Shown: positions 40,195-50,353 of the stretch, piece by piece
Position numbering within the stretch: the stretch's first letter is position 1
Layout: each line of letters opens with the position of its first letter
Position numbers and translations under genes: made by a program
Sequence record: NZ_CP023526.1
Origin: a plasmid
Reading direction: 5' to 3' (one strand)
DNA: 64,000 nt
The notes under the pieces: generated by a model
The model's database searches: none
What the model saw: only the letters and a program-made list of their open reading frames with translations
Told to the model about the DNA's origin: nothing

Positions 40195-40620
40195 GGGGTG
40201 CTGAATGATCCCCGCTTTACCACTGAAGTTGAAATCACCGTGCCGTTCCACGACGTCGATATGATGGGGGTGGTGTGGCACGGCAACTATTTTCGCTACT
40301 TCGAAATGGCACGTGAGGCGCTGCTCAACCAGTTCGACTACGGCTACCGGCAGATGAAAAAATCCGGCTACGTCTGGCCAGTGGTGGACACACGTGTGAA
40401 ATACCGGGATGTGGTGACCTTCGAGCAGGTCATCCGCGTGCGGGCCACGCTCGAAGAGTATGAAAACCGGTTGCGCATCGGCTACGAAATTTTCGACGCC
40501 ACCACCGGGAAGCGAACCACTACCGGCTACACCATTCAGGTGGCGGTGGACGAACAAACCAAAGCGCTGTGTTTTGTCAGCCCGGCGATTTTATTTGCAC
40601 TCATGGGAGTGACACCATGA
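40195..40620 (+). CDS. APE cluster: 4HBT/YbgC-like acyl-thioesterase
   Basis: Hotdog thioesterase motif ...VPFHDVDMMGVVWHGNYFRYFE.... Probable GTG start. Confidence 0.7.
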   Translation, partial: GVLNDPRFTTEVEITVPFHDVDMMGVVWHGNYFRYFEMAREALLNQFDYGYRQMKKSGYVWPVVDTRVKYRDVVTFEQVIRVRATLEEYENRLRIGYEIFDATTGKRTTTGYTIQVAVDEQTKALCFVSPAILFALMGVTP

Positions 40621-41222
40621 AATTCTGGCCGCTCATTGCCCTGCTGCTGGCCCCGCTGGCGCACGCCGTGACTCTGGACGGACTCCAGCAGCGTTTTGCT
40701 GAACAACCGGTTATCCGTGCACATTTCGAACAAATCCGCACCGTCAAGGCCATGCCACAGCCGCTTCGCTCGCAGGGTGAAATGCTGATCGCTCGTGGCA
40801 CCGGGCTATTGTGGGATCAGACCGCACCGTTCCCGATGAGGTTAATGCTCAATGATTCACGGATGGTTCAAAGCATTAACAACCAGCCGCCGCAGATCAT
40901 TACCGCGGATAACAATCCGCAGATATTTCAGTTCAACCATCTGCTGCGCGCGTTGTTCCAGGCGGATCGTAAGATGCTGGAGCAGAATTTCCGCCTCGAC
41001 TTTAAAGACCTGGGCAACGACCGCTGGACGTTGAAGCTGACGCCAGTCACCACCCCTCTGGACAAGATTTTCACCTCTATCGATTTAGGGGGTAAAACCT
41101 GTCTCGAGACCATCCAGCTTAATGATAAACAGGGTGATCGCACTGACATCACCCTGTCAAAACATCACCTGACCCCGGCTACTCTGACCGATGACGAACA
41201 TCAGCGCTTTGTCGCCCACTAA
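40617..41222 (+). CDS. APE cluster: LolA-like outer-membrane lipoprotein carrier protein
   Basis: Signal peptide MKFWPLIALLLAPLAHA and a LolA-like beta-rich sequence. Confidence 0.6.
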   Translation: MKFWPLIALLLAPLAHAVTLDGLQQRFAEQPVIRAHFEQIRTVKAMPQPLRSQGEMLIARGTGLLWDQTAPFPMRLMLNDSRMVQSINNQPPQIITADNNPQIFQFNHLLRALFQADRKMLEQNFRLDFKDLGNDRWTLKLTPVTTPLDKIFTSIDLGGKTCLETIQLNDKQGDRTDITLSKHHLTPATLTDDEHQRFVAH

Positions 41223-43515
41223 CGCCCGGTACCTGGCCTTTGGTTGGCTGGCGTTGTGCGTGACGCTGCTCATGGTGCTCATACTGTTTCTGCCGCGTGC
41301 ACGTCTCAACAGCAGCGTTCTGGCGATGTTACCGGCACAAACGCTGGGAGCGATTCCGCCTGCTCTGAACGACGGTTTTATTCAGCGCCTCGACAACCAG
41401 CTGGTGTGGATGGTCAGTCCCGGTAAGAGACCCGATACGGCCGTGGCACAACGCTGGCAAACGCTGCTTACACAGTCCGGCGTGCTGCATAAGGTGAAAG
41501 GTGCGATGGATACCCGCAGCCAGCAGCGCTGGGGTGAGTTTTTCTTTATGCACCGTAACGGACTTGTCGACCCGGACACTCGCGCCCGGCTGCAACAGGG
41601 CGGCGAGGCTCAGGCGCAGTGGATTTTATCGCAGCTGTATTCGGCGTTTTCCGGCGTCAGTGGCAACGAACTGAAAAACGATCCACTGATGCTGGTGCGC
41701 GGTTCGCAGCTGGCGCTGGCGCAAAACGGACAGACGTTGCAGTTGATGGACGGCTGGCTGGTGGCACGGGACGGGGCCGGAAACTACTGGTATTTGCTGC
41801 ACGGCGAGCTGAACGGTTCATCGTTCGACATGCAGCAAACGCATGCGCGGGTCACCCAGTTGAACGCTCTGGAAGCTGAGCTGAAAGCGCAGTATCCGCA
41901 GGCGCAGCTGCTGTCGCGCGGAACCATGTTCTACAGTGACTTCGCCAGCCAGCAGGCGAAGCATGACGTTTCTACCCTCGGCCTGGCGACAGTGTTGGGC
42001 GTGATCCTGCTGATTGTGCTGGTGTTCCGCTCACTACGTCCGCTTATGCTGAGCCTGATTTCTCTCAGCATCGGTGCACTGGCTGGCACGGTGGTCACCC
42101 TGCTGCTGTTCGGCGAACTGCATCTGATGACGCTGGTAATGAGCATGAGTATCATCGGCATTTCTGCCGACTACACGCTCTACTACCTGACCGAACGCAT
42201 GATTCACGGTGCAACCTCAACGCCGTGGCAAAGCCTGGCCAAAGTACGTCACGCGCTGCTGCTGGCGTTGCTGACGACTGTGGCAGCATATCTGATCATG
42301 ATGCTCGCGCCATTCCCGGGCATTCGTCAGATGGCCGTGTTTGCCGCCGTGGGTTTAAGCGCCTCCTGTCTGACCGTGGTGTTCTGGCATCCGTGGTTGT
42401 GTCGTGGCCTGCCGGTTCGCCCGGTGCCGATGATGCACCTGATGCTGCGCTGGCTGGCGGCCTGGCGTCACGATAAAAAGTTGTCAGTTGGTTTACCGGT
42501 GACGCTGGCGCTTTTCTCGCTGGCCGGGTTGGTGACGCTGCATGTAGATGACGATATTTCTCAGCTACAGGCACTCCCGCAGCATCTACTGGCACAGGAA
42601 AAGCACATCACCGCGCTCACCGGGCAGAGCGTCGATCAGAAATGGTTTGTGGTATACGGTGCCGACGCACAGCAAACGCTGGAGCGGCTGGAAGCCTTTA
42701 CGCCGGCGCTGGATAAGGCTCGCGCACAAGGCATCTTCAGCAGCTATCACACGCTGCCGCTAAATTCGCTGAAACGCCAGCAGCAGGATTTACAGCTGCT
42801 GAAACAGGCCACACCTGCAATTACGAAAGCATTCGCTGGTGCCGGATTATCAGCGATTTCACCTGATGTTAACCCAATGCCCGTGACCGTCGACGCCTGG
42901 CTGCAAAGCCCGGCAAGCGAAGGCTGGCGTCTGCTGTGGCTGACGTTATCTGACGGCAAAAGCGGCGTACTGATCCCTGTCGACGGTGTGAAAAACAGTG
43001 CCATGTTGAAAACTCTCGCTGAACGGGTCAAAGGGGTGGCATGGTTCGATCGCAAAGCGTCGTTTGATGCATTGTTCTCGCTGTATCGCATCATTCTGAC
43101 CACCCTGCTCGTCATGGCGCTGGGCGTTATCGCTGCGAGCGCAATGGTGCGCCTGGGTTGGCGCAAAGGACTCATTAGCCTGGTACCGTCAACCTTGTCG
43201 CTCGGCTGCAGTCTGGCCGTACTGGCATTCAGCGGACATACGGTAAACCTGTTTTCCCTGCTGGCACTGGTCATGGTGTTAGGCATTGGCATCAACTACA
43301 CCCTGTTTTTCAGCAACCCTCGCGGTACGCCGATGACCTCGCTGCTGGCGATTGGGCTGGCGATGATAACCACGTTGCTGACCCTGGGGATGCTGGTCTT
43401 CAGCACCACCCCGGCGATAAGCAGTTTTGGCATCGTGCTGGTCAGCGGGATTTTCACCGCCTTCTTGCTGTCCCCGCTGGCAATGCCGGCCAAACAAGAG
43501 CAAAGCAAACAATGA
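41191..43515 (+). CDS. APE cluster: MMPL/RND-superfamily exporter
   Basis: 774 aa with 12 predicted TM segments in two bundles and large periplasmic loops. Confidence 0.75.
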   Translation: MTNISALSPTNARYLAFGWLALCVTLLMVLILFLPRARLNSSVLAMLPAQTLGAIPPALNDGFIQRLDNQLVWMVSPGKRPDTAVAQRWQTLLTQSGVLHKVKGAMDTRSQQRWGEFFFMHRNGLVDPDTRARLQQGGEAQAQWILSQLYSAFSGVSGNELKNDPLMLVRGSQLALAQNGQTLQLMDGWLVARDGAGNYWYLLHGELNGSSFDMQQTHARVTQLNALEAELKAQYPQAQLLSRGTMFYSDFASQQAKHDVSTLGLATVLGVILLIVLVFRSLRPLMLSLISLSIGALAGTVVTLLLFGELHLMTLVMSMSIIGISADYTLYYLTERMIHGATSTPWQSLAKVRHALLLALLTTVAAYLIMMLAPFPGIRQMAVFAAVGLSASCLTVVFWHPWLCRGLPVRPVPMMHLMLRWLAAWRHDKKLSVGLPVTLALFSLAGLVTLHVDDDISQLQALPQHLLAQEKHITALTGQSVDQKWFVVYGADAQQTLERLEAFTPALDKARAQGIFSSYHTLPLNSLKRQQQDLQLLKQATPAITKAFAGAGLSAISPDVNPMPVTVDAWLQSPASEGWRLLWLTLSDGKSGVLIPVDGVKNSAMLKTLAERVKGVAWFDRKASFDALFSLYRIILTTLLVMALGVIAASAMVRLGWRKGLISLVPSTLSLGCSLAVLAFSGHTVNLFSLLALVMVLGIGINYTLFFSNPRGTPMTSLLAIGLAMITTLLTLGMLVFSTTPAISSFGIVLVSGIFTAFLLSPLAMPAKQEQSKQ

Positions 43516-43630
43516 TAGTACTTGCCGATACCGCATGCCCGGCGGCGCATCGCCTGTGCGGGTCTGCTAACCATGATGGTTTGCGCAGGCCGGATAAGCG
43601 CCGTTTCACCCAGCAGATATTGAGGTTTTA

Positions 43631-44203
43631 ATGATAAAACGCCTGTTCTGGCTCACCACCGCGCTGCTTCTGGCGGGCTGCAGCCACTCCACGGGGCGTG
43701 ACAACACCCGTCCACAGGCCTGGCTGCAACCAGGCACTCAGGTGACACTGCCTCCGCCGGGTATTACCCCTGAGATCAGTGCGCAGCAGTTACTGACCGG
43801 CAGCGTGAACGGTAAAACTCAGTCTCTGCTGATGATGCTCAACGCCGACAATAAAGCGCTGACTCTCGCGGGGCTCTCCTCCGTAGGCATTCGTCTCTTC
43901 CTTGTCACCTACGATGAAAAAGGCATGCATACTGAGCAATCCATCGTGATGCCGCAACTGCCCCCCGCAAACCAGGTCCTGGCAGACGTGATGCTGAGTC
44001 ACTGGCCAGTCAGCGCCTGGCTACCGTATCTGCCAAAAGGCTGGACGCTCACCGACACTGGCGATAAACGCGAACTACGCAATGCCAGCAGCAAGCTGGT
44101 AGAGGAGATAACCTACCTGCAACGCAAAGGCAAACGCGTGCCCATCAGCATTGAGCAGCACGTGTTTAACTACCGCATCGCTATTCAATCGCTGGGTGAC
44201 TGA
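43631..44203 (+). CDS. APE cluster: DUF3261-type lipoprotein
   Basis: Lipobox LLAGCSHS, at the conserved position after the MMPL gene. Confidence 0.55.
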   Translation: MIKRLFWLTTALLLAGCSHSTGRDNTRPQAWLQPGTQVTLPPPGITPEISAQQLLTGSVNGKTQSLLMMLNADNKALTLAGLSSVGIRLFLVTYDEKGMHTEQSIVMPQLPPANQVLADVMLSHWPVSAWLPYLPKGWTLTDTGDKRELRNASSKLVEEITYLQRKGKRVPISIEQHVFNYRIAIQSLGD

Positions 44204-44204
44204 G

Positions 44205-45371
44205 ATGATTTATATTGCCGCCGCCGGAATGGTTAACGCACTGGGCAGCACACTGGACGAGATTGCCGACAACCTGAGCACTGGCGTAGCGCCAGGCATG
44301 CGCCCACGTGAGGGTTGGTTACAGGGGGAAGTCGCGGTGCTTGGCGGCGTGGAAGGTAAACTACCGTTCATTCCTGACGAATTTGTCAATCACCGTTCCC
44401 GCAATAACCAGCTGCTGCTGGCGGCCCTGGACCAGATCCAACCGCAGGTCACGGAGGCTATCGCACGCTTTGGTCGTGGTCGTGTGGCGGTCATTATGGG
44501 CACCAGTACCTCCGGACTTGACGAAGGCGACATTCACGTCAGTCGCAGGCTGCGCGGCGAAGCCAGCCATCACTGGCGTTACACGCAGCAGGAACTGGGC
44601 GATCCGTCGCGCTTTCTGCGTAACTGGCTGAAGCTCGACGGCCCGGCCTATACGCTTTCTACCGCCTGCTCTTCCAGTGCACGTGCAATGATCAGCGGCC
44701 GCCGTCTGATTGAGGCAGATCTGGTCGACGTGGCGATTGTCGGCGGGGCCGATACATTGAGCCGGATGCCTGTCAACGGTTTCAACAGCTTAGAGTCACT
44801 GTCCACCACGCGTTGCCAGCCATTTGGCCGTGACCGCTGCGGCATTACTGTCGGTGAAGGCGCAGCACTGATGTTGCTGACCCGCGAACCGCAGTCGATA
44901 GCGCTGCTGGGCGTGGGTGAATCCAGCGACGCGCATCATATTTCTGCCCCACACCCTGAAGGCGAAGGGGCTGTTCGCGCCATTCGACAGGCGCTTGCCG
45001 ATGCCGGGCTTCATCCCCACGAAATTGGCTATATCAATCTGCATGGCACCGCCACATCGCTGAATGATCGGGTAGAAGCAAGAGTGATTCACGACCTGTT
45101 CGGCAGCAGCGTACCGTGCAGCTCCACCAAGCACCTGACGGGCCACACACTGGGCGCGGCGGGGATCACTGAAGCGGCCATCAGCATGCTGATCCTTGAG
45201 AGGAGACTGCCGCTACCCGTACAGGACTTCAGCCAGTCACCGTTTGATCCGGCACTGCCGGAGAACGGTATTGTGCGTCAGTCGCAGCCGCTCGCACGTC
45301 CAACGATTTTATCCAACTCCTTCGCCTTTGGCGGGAATAACGTCAGCATTCTGCTGGGGAGAATGGCATGA
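44205..45371 (+). CDS. APE cluster: beta-ketoacyl-ACP synthase (KAS I/II-like)
   Basis: Thiolase fold with catalytic Cys context (TACSSS) and His motifs (HGTAT, GHTLGAAG). Confidence 0.8.
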   Translation: MIYIAAAGMVNALGSTLDEIADNLSTGVAPGMRPREGWLQGEVAVLGGVEGKLPFIPDEFVNHRSRNNQLLLAALDQIQPQVTEAIARFGRGRVAVIMGTSTSGLDEGDIHVSRRLRGEASHHWRYTQQELGDPSRFLRNWLKLDGPAYTLSTACSSSARAMISGRRLIEADLVDVAIVGGADTLSRMPVNGFNSLESLSTTRCQPFGRDRCGITVGEGAALMLLTREPQSIALLGVGESSDAHHISAPHPEGEGAVRAIRQALADAGLHPHEIGYINLHGTATSLNDRVEARVIHDLFGSSVPCSSTKHLTGHTLGAAGITEAAISMLILERRLPLPVQDFSQSPFDPALPENGIVRQSQPLARPTILSNSFAFGGNNVSILLGRMA

Positions 45372-45844
45372 GCCACTATTTAACACCAGACGCATATCTG
45401 CCTCACCACGCCCCAATGCTGCTCCTGGAAACGACAGAAAACGTGACAAACGAACAGGCCGTTTGCCGGGTGACCGTCAATCGCAACGGCGTACTGGCCC
45501 CGTTCATTGATGCCAACGGCTGTCTTCCGGGTTGGTACGCGCTGGAGTTGATGGCGCAGACCGTCGGTGTATGGTCCGGCTGGAATCGCCATCAGCGCGG
45601 TGAAGCGCCGATATCACTTGGCATGGTACTCGGCGCGCGCGAGCTGAAATGTGCTGCGGGAGAATTTCAGGCCGACAGTACGCTTGAGATAACCGTTTCG
45701 CTGCTGATGCAGGATGAGCGTTTTGGCAGCTTTGAGTGCGAAATTACCCACAAGGGTGAAACACTCGCGAGCGGACGGGTCAGTACCTTCCAGCCCGGAC
45801 CACAGGAACTCACTACGCTTTTTCAACAGGGATCGCCATCATGA
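45368..45844 (+). CDS. APE cluster: 3-hydroxyacyl-ACP dehydratase (hotdog fold)
   Basis: Hotdog-fold ORF, ATGA-coupled to its neighbours. Confidence 0.6.
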   Translation: MSHYLTPDAYLPHHAPMLLLETTENVTNEQAVCRVTVNRNGVLAPFIDANGCLPGWYALELMAQTVGVWSGWNRHQRGEAPISLGMVLGARELKCAAGEFQADSTLEITVSLLMQDERFGSFECEITHKGETLASGRVSTFQPGPQELTTLFQQGSPS

Positions 45845-46572
45845 GTCGTTCAGTACTGGTCACAGGTGCCAGCAAAGGTATCGGGCGCGCCATTGCGCTT
45901 AAACTGGCCGCAGACGGATTCAGCATCGGCGTACACTTTCACAGCGACGAGCGGGGCGCGGGCGATACGCTTTCGGCCATTGAACGCGCAGGCGGCACGG
46001 GGCGTCTGTTGCAATTTGATGTCGGCCATCGCGAGCAGTGCCGCGAGGTGCTGGAGGCCGATATTGAACGGCACGGCGCGTGGTACGGTGTGGTCAGCAA
46101 CGCAGGCATTACGTGCGATGGTGCATTTCCCACACTCAGTGAAGACAACTGGGACAGTGTTATCCGCACCAATCTCGACAGCTTTTACAACGTCATTCAT
46201 CCCAGCGTAATGCCGATGATCTCAACCCGCAAAGGCGGCCGTATCATCACGCTGTCCTCGGTCTCCGGACTGATGGGCAATCGCGGGCAGGTCAACTACA
46301 GCGCAGCAAAGGCGGGGATTATCGGCGCGACAAAAGCGCTGGCGATTGAACTGGCAAAACGCAAAATCACCGTCAACTGCATCGCGCCGGGACTTATCGA
46401 TACCGGGATGATCGCTATGGAAGAAAGGGCGCTGAAAGAAGCAATGAGCGTTATTCCAATGAAACGTATGGGTCATGTCGAAGAAGTGGCCGGGCTCGCC
46501 AGCTACCTGATGTCAGATATTGCAGGCTATGTCACCCGGCAAGTGATTTCTGTTAATGGAGGCATGTTGTGA
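45841..46572 (+). CDS. APE cluster: 3-oxoacyl-ACP reductase (FabG-like SDR)
   Basis: TGASKGIG Rossmann motif and YSAAKAG catalytic motif. Confidence 0.85.
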   Translation: MSRSVLVTGASKGIGRAIALKLAADGFSIGVHFHSDERGAGDTLSAIERAGGTGRLLQFDVGHREQCREVLEADIERHGAWYGVVSNAGITCDGAFPTLSEDNWDSVIRTNLDSFYNVIHPSVMPMISTRKGGRIITLSSVSGLMGNRGQVNYSAAKAGIIGATKALAIELAKRKITVNCIAPGLIDTGMIAMEERALKEAMSVIPMKRMGHVEEVAGLASYLMSDIAGYVTRQVISVNGGML

Positions 46573-47798
46573 TCCGTCGCGTTGTGATCACCGGCATGGG
46601 CGGTGTGACCGCCTTTGGCGAAAACTGGGCAGCGGTATCTGAAGGCCTGCGAGGCTATCAGAATGCGGTGCGAAAAATGCCGGAGTGGCAAATCTATGAG
46701 GGTCTACACACACTACTTGGTGCCCCGATTGATGGTTTCACCCTGCCCGCACATTACACACGCAAACGCACGCGTGCGATGGGCCGCGTGTCACTGATGT
46801 CCACCCGCGCCAGCGAACTGGCGCTCGAGCAGGCCGGGCTGATTGATAACCCGGTTCTGACCAACGGCGCAACCGGAATTGCCTACGGCTCTTCGACCGG
46901 AAGCACCGGGCCGGTGAGCGAATTTGCCACCATGCTGACCGAAAAGCACACCAGCAACATCACCGGTACCACTTATGTGCAGATGATGCCGCACACCACG
47001 GCGGTGAACACCGGGCTGTTCTTCGGCCTGCGCGGGCGCGTTATTCCGACATCCAGCGCCTGCACCTCCGGCAGTCAGGCGATTGGCTATGCGTATGAGG
47101 CCATTCGCAACGGTTATCAGACCGTGATGGTGGCAGGCGGCGCGGAAGAACTGTGTCCTTCCGAAGCGGCGGTGTTTGACACACTGTTTGCCACCAGTCA
47201 GCGAAACGACGAGCCTGCCACCACGCCATCCCCGTTCGATGCCAGCCGTGACGGGCTGGTGATCGGAGAAGGCGCAGGCACGCTGGTGCTGGAAGAACTG
47301 ACGCACGCTCAGGCGCGCGGGGCGAAAATCTACGGTGAGATTGTTGGCTTTGCCACTAATTGCGATGCCGCCCACATCACACAGCCACAGCGTGAAACCA
47401 TGCAGGTTTGCATGGAGCAGTCGTTGCGTCAGGCGGGGCTGGCACCGTCCGATATTGGTTATATTTCCGCACACGGCACGGCCACCGACCGGGGTGATAT
47501 TGCCGAAAGTCAGGCGAGTGCCGTGGTGTTTGGCAACCGGACGCCGGTTTCCTCACTGAAGAGTTATTTCGGGCATACTCTTGGTGCCTGTGGCGCGCTG
47601 GAAGCCTGGATGAGTCTGCAAATGATGCGCGAGGGCTGGTTTGCACCAACCTTAAACTTGCGACACCCTGATGAACGGTGTGGCGACCTCGACTACATTA
47701 TGGGAGCATCCCGGGCCATCGACTGTGAGTTTTTGCAGAGCAACAACTTTGCCTTCGGCGGGATCAACACCTCGCTGGTCATTAAACGCTGGGCGTAG
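46569..47798 (+). CDS. APE cluster: beta-ketoacyl-ACP synthase II-like (FabF/FabB family)
   Basis: Cys-His-His triad context (SACTSGS, HGTATDRGD, GHTLGACG). Confidence 0.85.
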   Translation: MIRRVVITGMGGVTAFGENWAAVSEGLRGYQNAVRKMPEWQIYEGLHTLLGAPIDGFTLPAHYTRKRTRAMGRVSLMSTRASELALEQAGLIDNPVLTNGATGIAYGSSTGSTGPVSEFATMLTEKHTSNITGTTYVQMMPHTTAVNTGLFFGLRGRVIPTSSACTSGSQAIGYAYEAIRNGYQTVMVAGGAEELCPSEAAVFDTLFATSQRNDEPATTPSPFDASRDGLVIGEGAGTLVLEELTHAQARGAKIYGEIVGFATNCDAAHITQPQRETMQVCMEQSLRQAGLAPSDIGYISAHGTATDRGDIAESQASAVVFGNRTPVSSLKSYFGHTLGACGALEAWMSLQMMREGWFAPTLNLRHPDERCGDLDYIMGASRAIDCEFLQSNNFAFGGINTSLVIKRWA

Positions 47799-47800
47799 CG

Positions 47801-48379
47801 ATGTACAGACTGTTCCTCGGGAAGATTTCCACGCTTTGTCAGAAGAGCCTGCCGCCCGTTCTGGCGGACCAGGCACCAGGCGGCAAGTGTCGCAACGCCT
47901 GGCTTGCCGGACGGGCTCTGCTGTGTCACGCCATTTCTCCGCTGCCGGAGATCGGCTACGGCGAGCAGGGCAAACCCGGGTTCGACGACAGCCATGCGCT
48001 GTGGTTCAACTTAAGCCATAGCGGTGACGACATTGCCTTACTGATTAGCGACGAAGGTCCGGTGGGCTGTGATATCGAAGCCATTCGCCCGCGCCCGCTG
48101 TGGCGACAGATTGCCAGGGCAACCTTCACCCTCAGTGAGCACACGGTGATTGCGCTGGAGCCCGAGGCGCATCGTCTGGAAACGTTCTGGCGGATCTGGA
48201 CGCGCAAGGAGGCAATGGTTAAGCAACGCGGCGGCAGTGCGTGGCAGATAATCCGCTTCGACAGTACGTCGCCGCGGCATCTGTACCTGAGTGATTTCCT
48301 GCATGAAGGGTTAAGTCTGGCGGTGTGTACACCGACAGCGTTTCAGGTCAGTCCGCAGGATGTTGAAAGGGTAAGCTGA
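47801..48379 (+). CDS. 4'-phosphopantetheinyl transferase (EntD/Sfp-AcpT family)
   Basis: Motifs FNLSHSGD and WTRKEAMVKQRG. Confidence 0.75.
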   Translation: MYRLFLGKISTLCQKSLPPVLADQAPGGKCRNAWLAGRALLCHAISPLPEIGYGEQGKPGFDDSHALWFNLSHSGDDIALLISDEGPVGCDIEAIRPRPLWRQIARATFTLSEHTVIALEPEAHRLETFWRIWTRKEAMVKQRGGSAWQIIRFDSTSPRHLYLSDFLHEGLSLAVCTPTAFQVSPQDVERVS

Positions 48380-48492
48380 AACGCGGCCTTTTGGCCTTTC
48401 TTCTTTCCCCCGACGTCCCCTCAACTCTCTCCCTCCGGCCTGGGCGTTCCCCGGCAATATGAAAAGCGCGATGACGTGTGATCTACAGGCTA

Positions 48493-49247
48493 CGGAGAAC
48501 TCACATAGCAGCGTGCTTCCGGTAAGCTCGTATGTTCATACTCATTTCAGGCGGTCACATCGGTGTCAGCGCCCACTGACGCACGGAGGCTTAGTGATGC
48601 AAAAATCACGGCACTCTTCATGTCGCCACTGAGTGGCAAGCCCATACCCTGCCGCGCTTCACTGAATGCTGAGGAGGCAAAATAATTCCCCGCACCCTAC
48701 AGCGTCCGTCCCCGGCCGGGCACAGCCATCCCGGAAAGCCATCGATCATCATCAACCTGCACATTCACCGGCAGTCCGGCGTCATAGCAGGCCTGGTACC
48801 ACTCCCCTACCTGACAGGCATTCCCGCTCAGCCATGCCTGTCCGCTGTTTTCACTGAACAGCGCCAGACTGACAGTGCCGTCTGTCCGGATAACAAACGC
48901 GGCCCGGCTGGCGGCATAAGGCCGGCCCCTGATGTCCACTTCAATGTCTCGCATCCCTTTCCGCTCGGGACGAAAGGGCAATATCCGGCTGCCTGCCTTT
49001 CGCTGCAGGTCGCGCTCTGCCGCCGTCAGCGACGTCGCCAGGGCACGCCCGTCCCCGGTTAGCGCAATGAATACCCGTCGGCTGGAATTTCTCTGCGTGC
49101 GGATTAATCCGGCGGACTCCAACAGTTCACAGGAATAATAAATGCTACTATTTCTGAGTGACTTCTGAATATATCTTATCGGGGAAAGTCCCGAAAAATG
49201 ACGTTCGACTGACAGAATAAAAATAAGAACTTTCTTTTGGAGATTAG
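48493..49247. repeat. Direct repeat B, copy 1 (755 bp, near-identical to 55828-56582)
   Basis: Base-by-base comparison shows identity over the whole length with at most a few mismatches. Confidence 0.9.
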
Positions 49248-49281
49248 ATAATTCTCGCTGTCTTGACATACCCGTACCCAT
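48697..49281 (-). CDS. Winged-helix (MarR-like) DNA-binding protein with an unknown C-terminal domain, copy 1
   Basis: N-terminal ...LQKKVLIFILSVERHFSGLSPIRYIQKSLRNSSIYYSCELLESAGLIRTQRNSSRRVFIALT is a wHTH pattern. The body lies inside repeat B. The N-terminus differs between copies. Confidence 0.5.
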   Translation of the reverse strand: MGTGMSRQRELSNLQKKVLIFILSVERHFSGLSPIRYIQKSLRNSSIYYSCELLESAGLIRTQRNSSRRVFIALTGDGRALATSLTAAERDLQRKAGSRILPFRPERKGMRDIEVDIRGRPYAASRAAFVIRTDGTVSLALFSENSGQAWLSGNACQVGEWYQACYDAGLPVNVQVDDDRWLSGMAVPGRGRTL

Positions 49282-49608
49282 CCTCCTGATGGTTGGTTTT
49301 ATATCACCTGCCTACTAATCCTGGAGTTTCTACAGGCAAGATATATTGGCATTATCCAGAATATCAGGCTTATGTATGCTGTATCTGAGGAGTAAAGCGC
49401 TTAGCTTAAATCGCTCAAATCGACCAAGTAATACACCGTCAACTTACCATTATCAACATTATTTTAATCACATGGTGATTTTATTGATGATAAGTAAATT
49501 ATTTAACGAATCTCTGAACACATCAATCGTGAACTGCGGTACAAGCCGGGTTGCATTGGGTATATACTGGTCAGCGTTGAGTAATTATCATGATCAGAAG
49601 GAACGACA

Positions 49609-50304
49609 ATGAACAAAGCCGTAGTAGTTTTTAGTGGGGGCCAGGACTCGACAACTTGCCTGGCTTATGCGTTACGTAAATACGAAGAGGTTCATTGTAT
49701 AACGTTCGATTACGGACAACGCCACTCCGAAGAAATCAACATAGCGAAAAAATTAGCAAAAAAATTTAATGTTTCTCATAAAGTTTTAAATACCAATATA
49801 CTTAATGATTTATCAGCAAGCAGTTTGACACGACCCAACATACCGGTGCAAAAACATGAAAGTAGTCAGGATAACACATTGCCAAACACGTTTGTCCCCG
49901 GAAGAAATATCCTATTCCTGACTCTCGCATCCATCTATGCTTATCAAATATCCGCTAAAACAGTTATTACAGGTGTAAGCGAAACAGATTTTTCTGGCTA
50001 TCCTGATTGTCAGGGAGAATTTATTAAAGCGTTAGACAAAGCCATTTCTCTAGGATTGGACAATAATATAAAAATTGAAACACCACTCCTTAATCTCACC
50101 AAAGCCGAGACTTGGGCGATGGCTGATTACTATGGCATTCTCGAAATCATAAAAAATGAGACGCTGACCTGCTACAATGGCATTAAATATGATGGGTGTG
50201 GTAATTGTCCGTCATGTTTTCTTCGTAACAGAGGATTTGATCAATATAATAAAAATCAGTTGAAAGTCATGAAGTCATTCAAAGAAAAATCCTCTTTTCT
50301 TTAA
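49609..50304 (+). CDS. queC: 7-cyano-7-deazaguanine synthase QueC
   Basis: PP-loop SGGQDSTT and the C-terminal zinc cysteines [16 protein letters not shown]. Collinear with E. coli QueC at an estimated ~60 % identity from memory. AT-rich codon usage. Confidence 0.85.
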   Translation: MNKAVVVFSGGQDSTTCLAYALRKYEEVHCITFDYGQRHSEEINIAKKLAKKFNVSHKVLNTNILNDLSASSLTRPNIPVQKHESSQDNTLPNTFVPGRNILFLTLASIYAYQISAKTVITGVSETDFSGYPDCQGEFIKALDKAISLGLDNNIKIETPLLNLTKAETWAMADYYGILEIIKNETLTCYNGIKYDGCGNCPSCFLRNRGFDQYNKNQLKVMKSFKEKSSFL

Positions 50305-50353
50305 AAAATAAATTTATGATGGGGCTATTTATTTCCACCCCATCATATAGATA

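Noticed and set aside
36562-47995. Numerous 60-230-aa antisense or off-frame ORFs inside the APE cluster (for example 46791-47474 minus, 44796-45146 minus, 42747-43295 minus, 39751-40020 minus).
   Set aside because: They overlap well-supported, translationally coupled sense genes with strong family motifs. High GC inflates spurious ORF length.
49340-49608. Looked for a preQ1 riboswitch in the AT-rich leader upstream of queC.
   Set aside because: No short stem followed by the conserved A-rich tail (…AAAAAACUA…) of preQ1-I was found. Proteobacterial queC genes rarely carry one.
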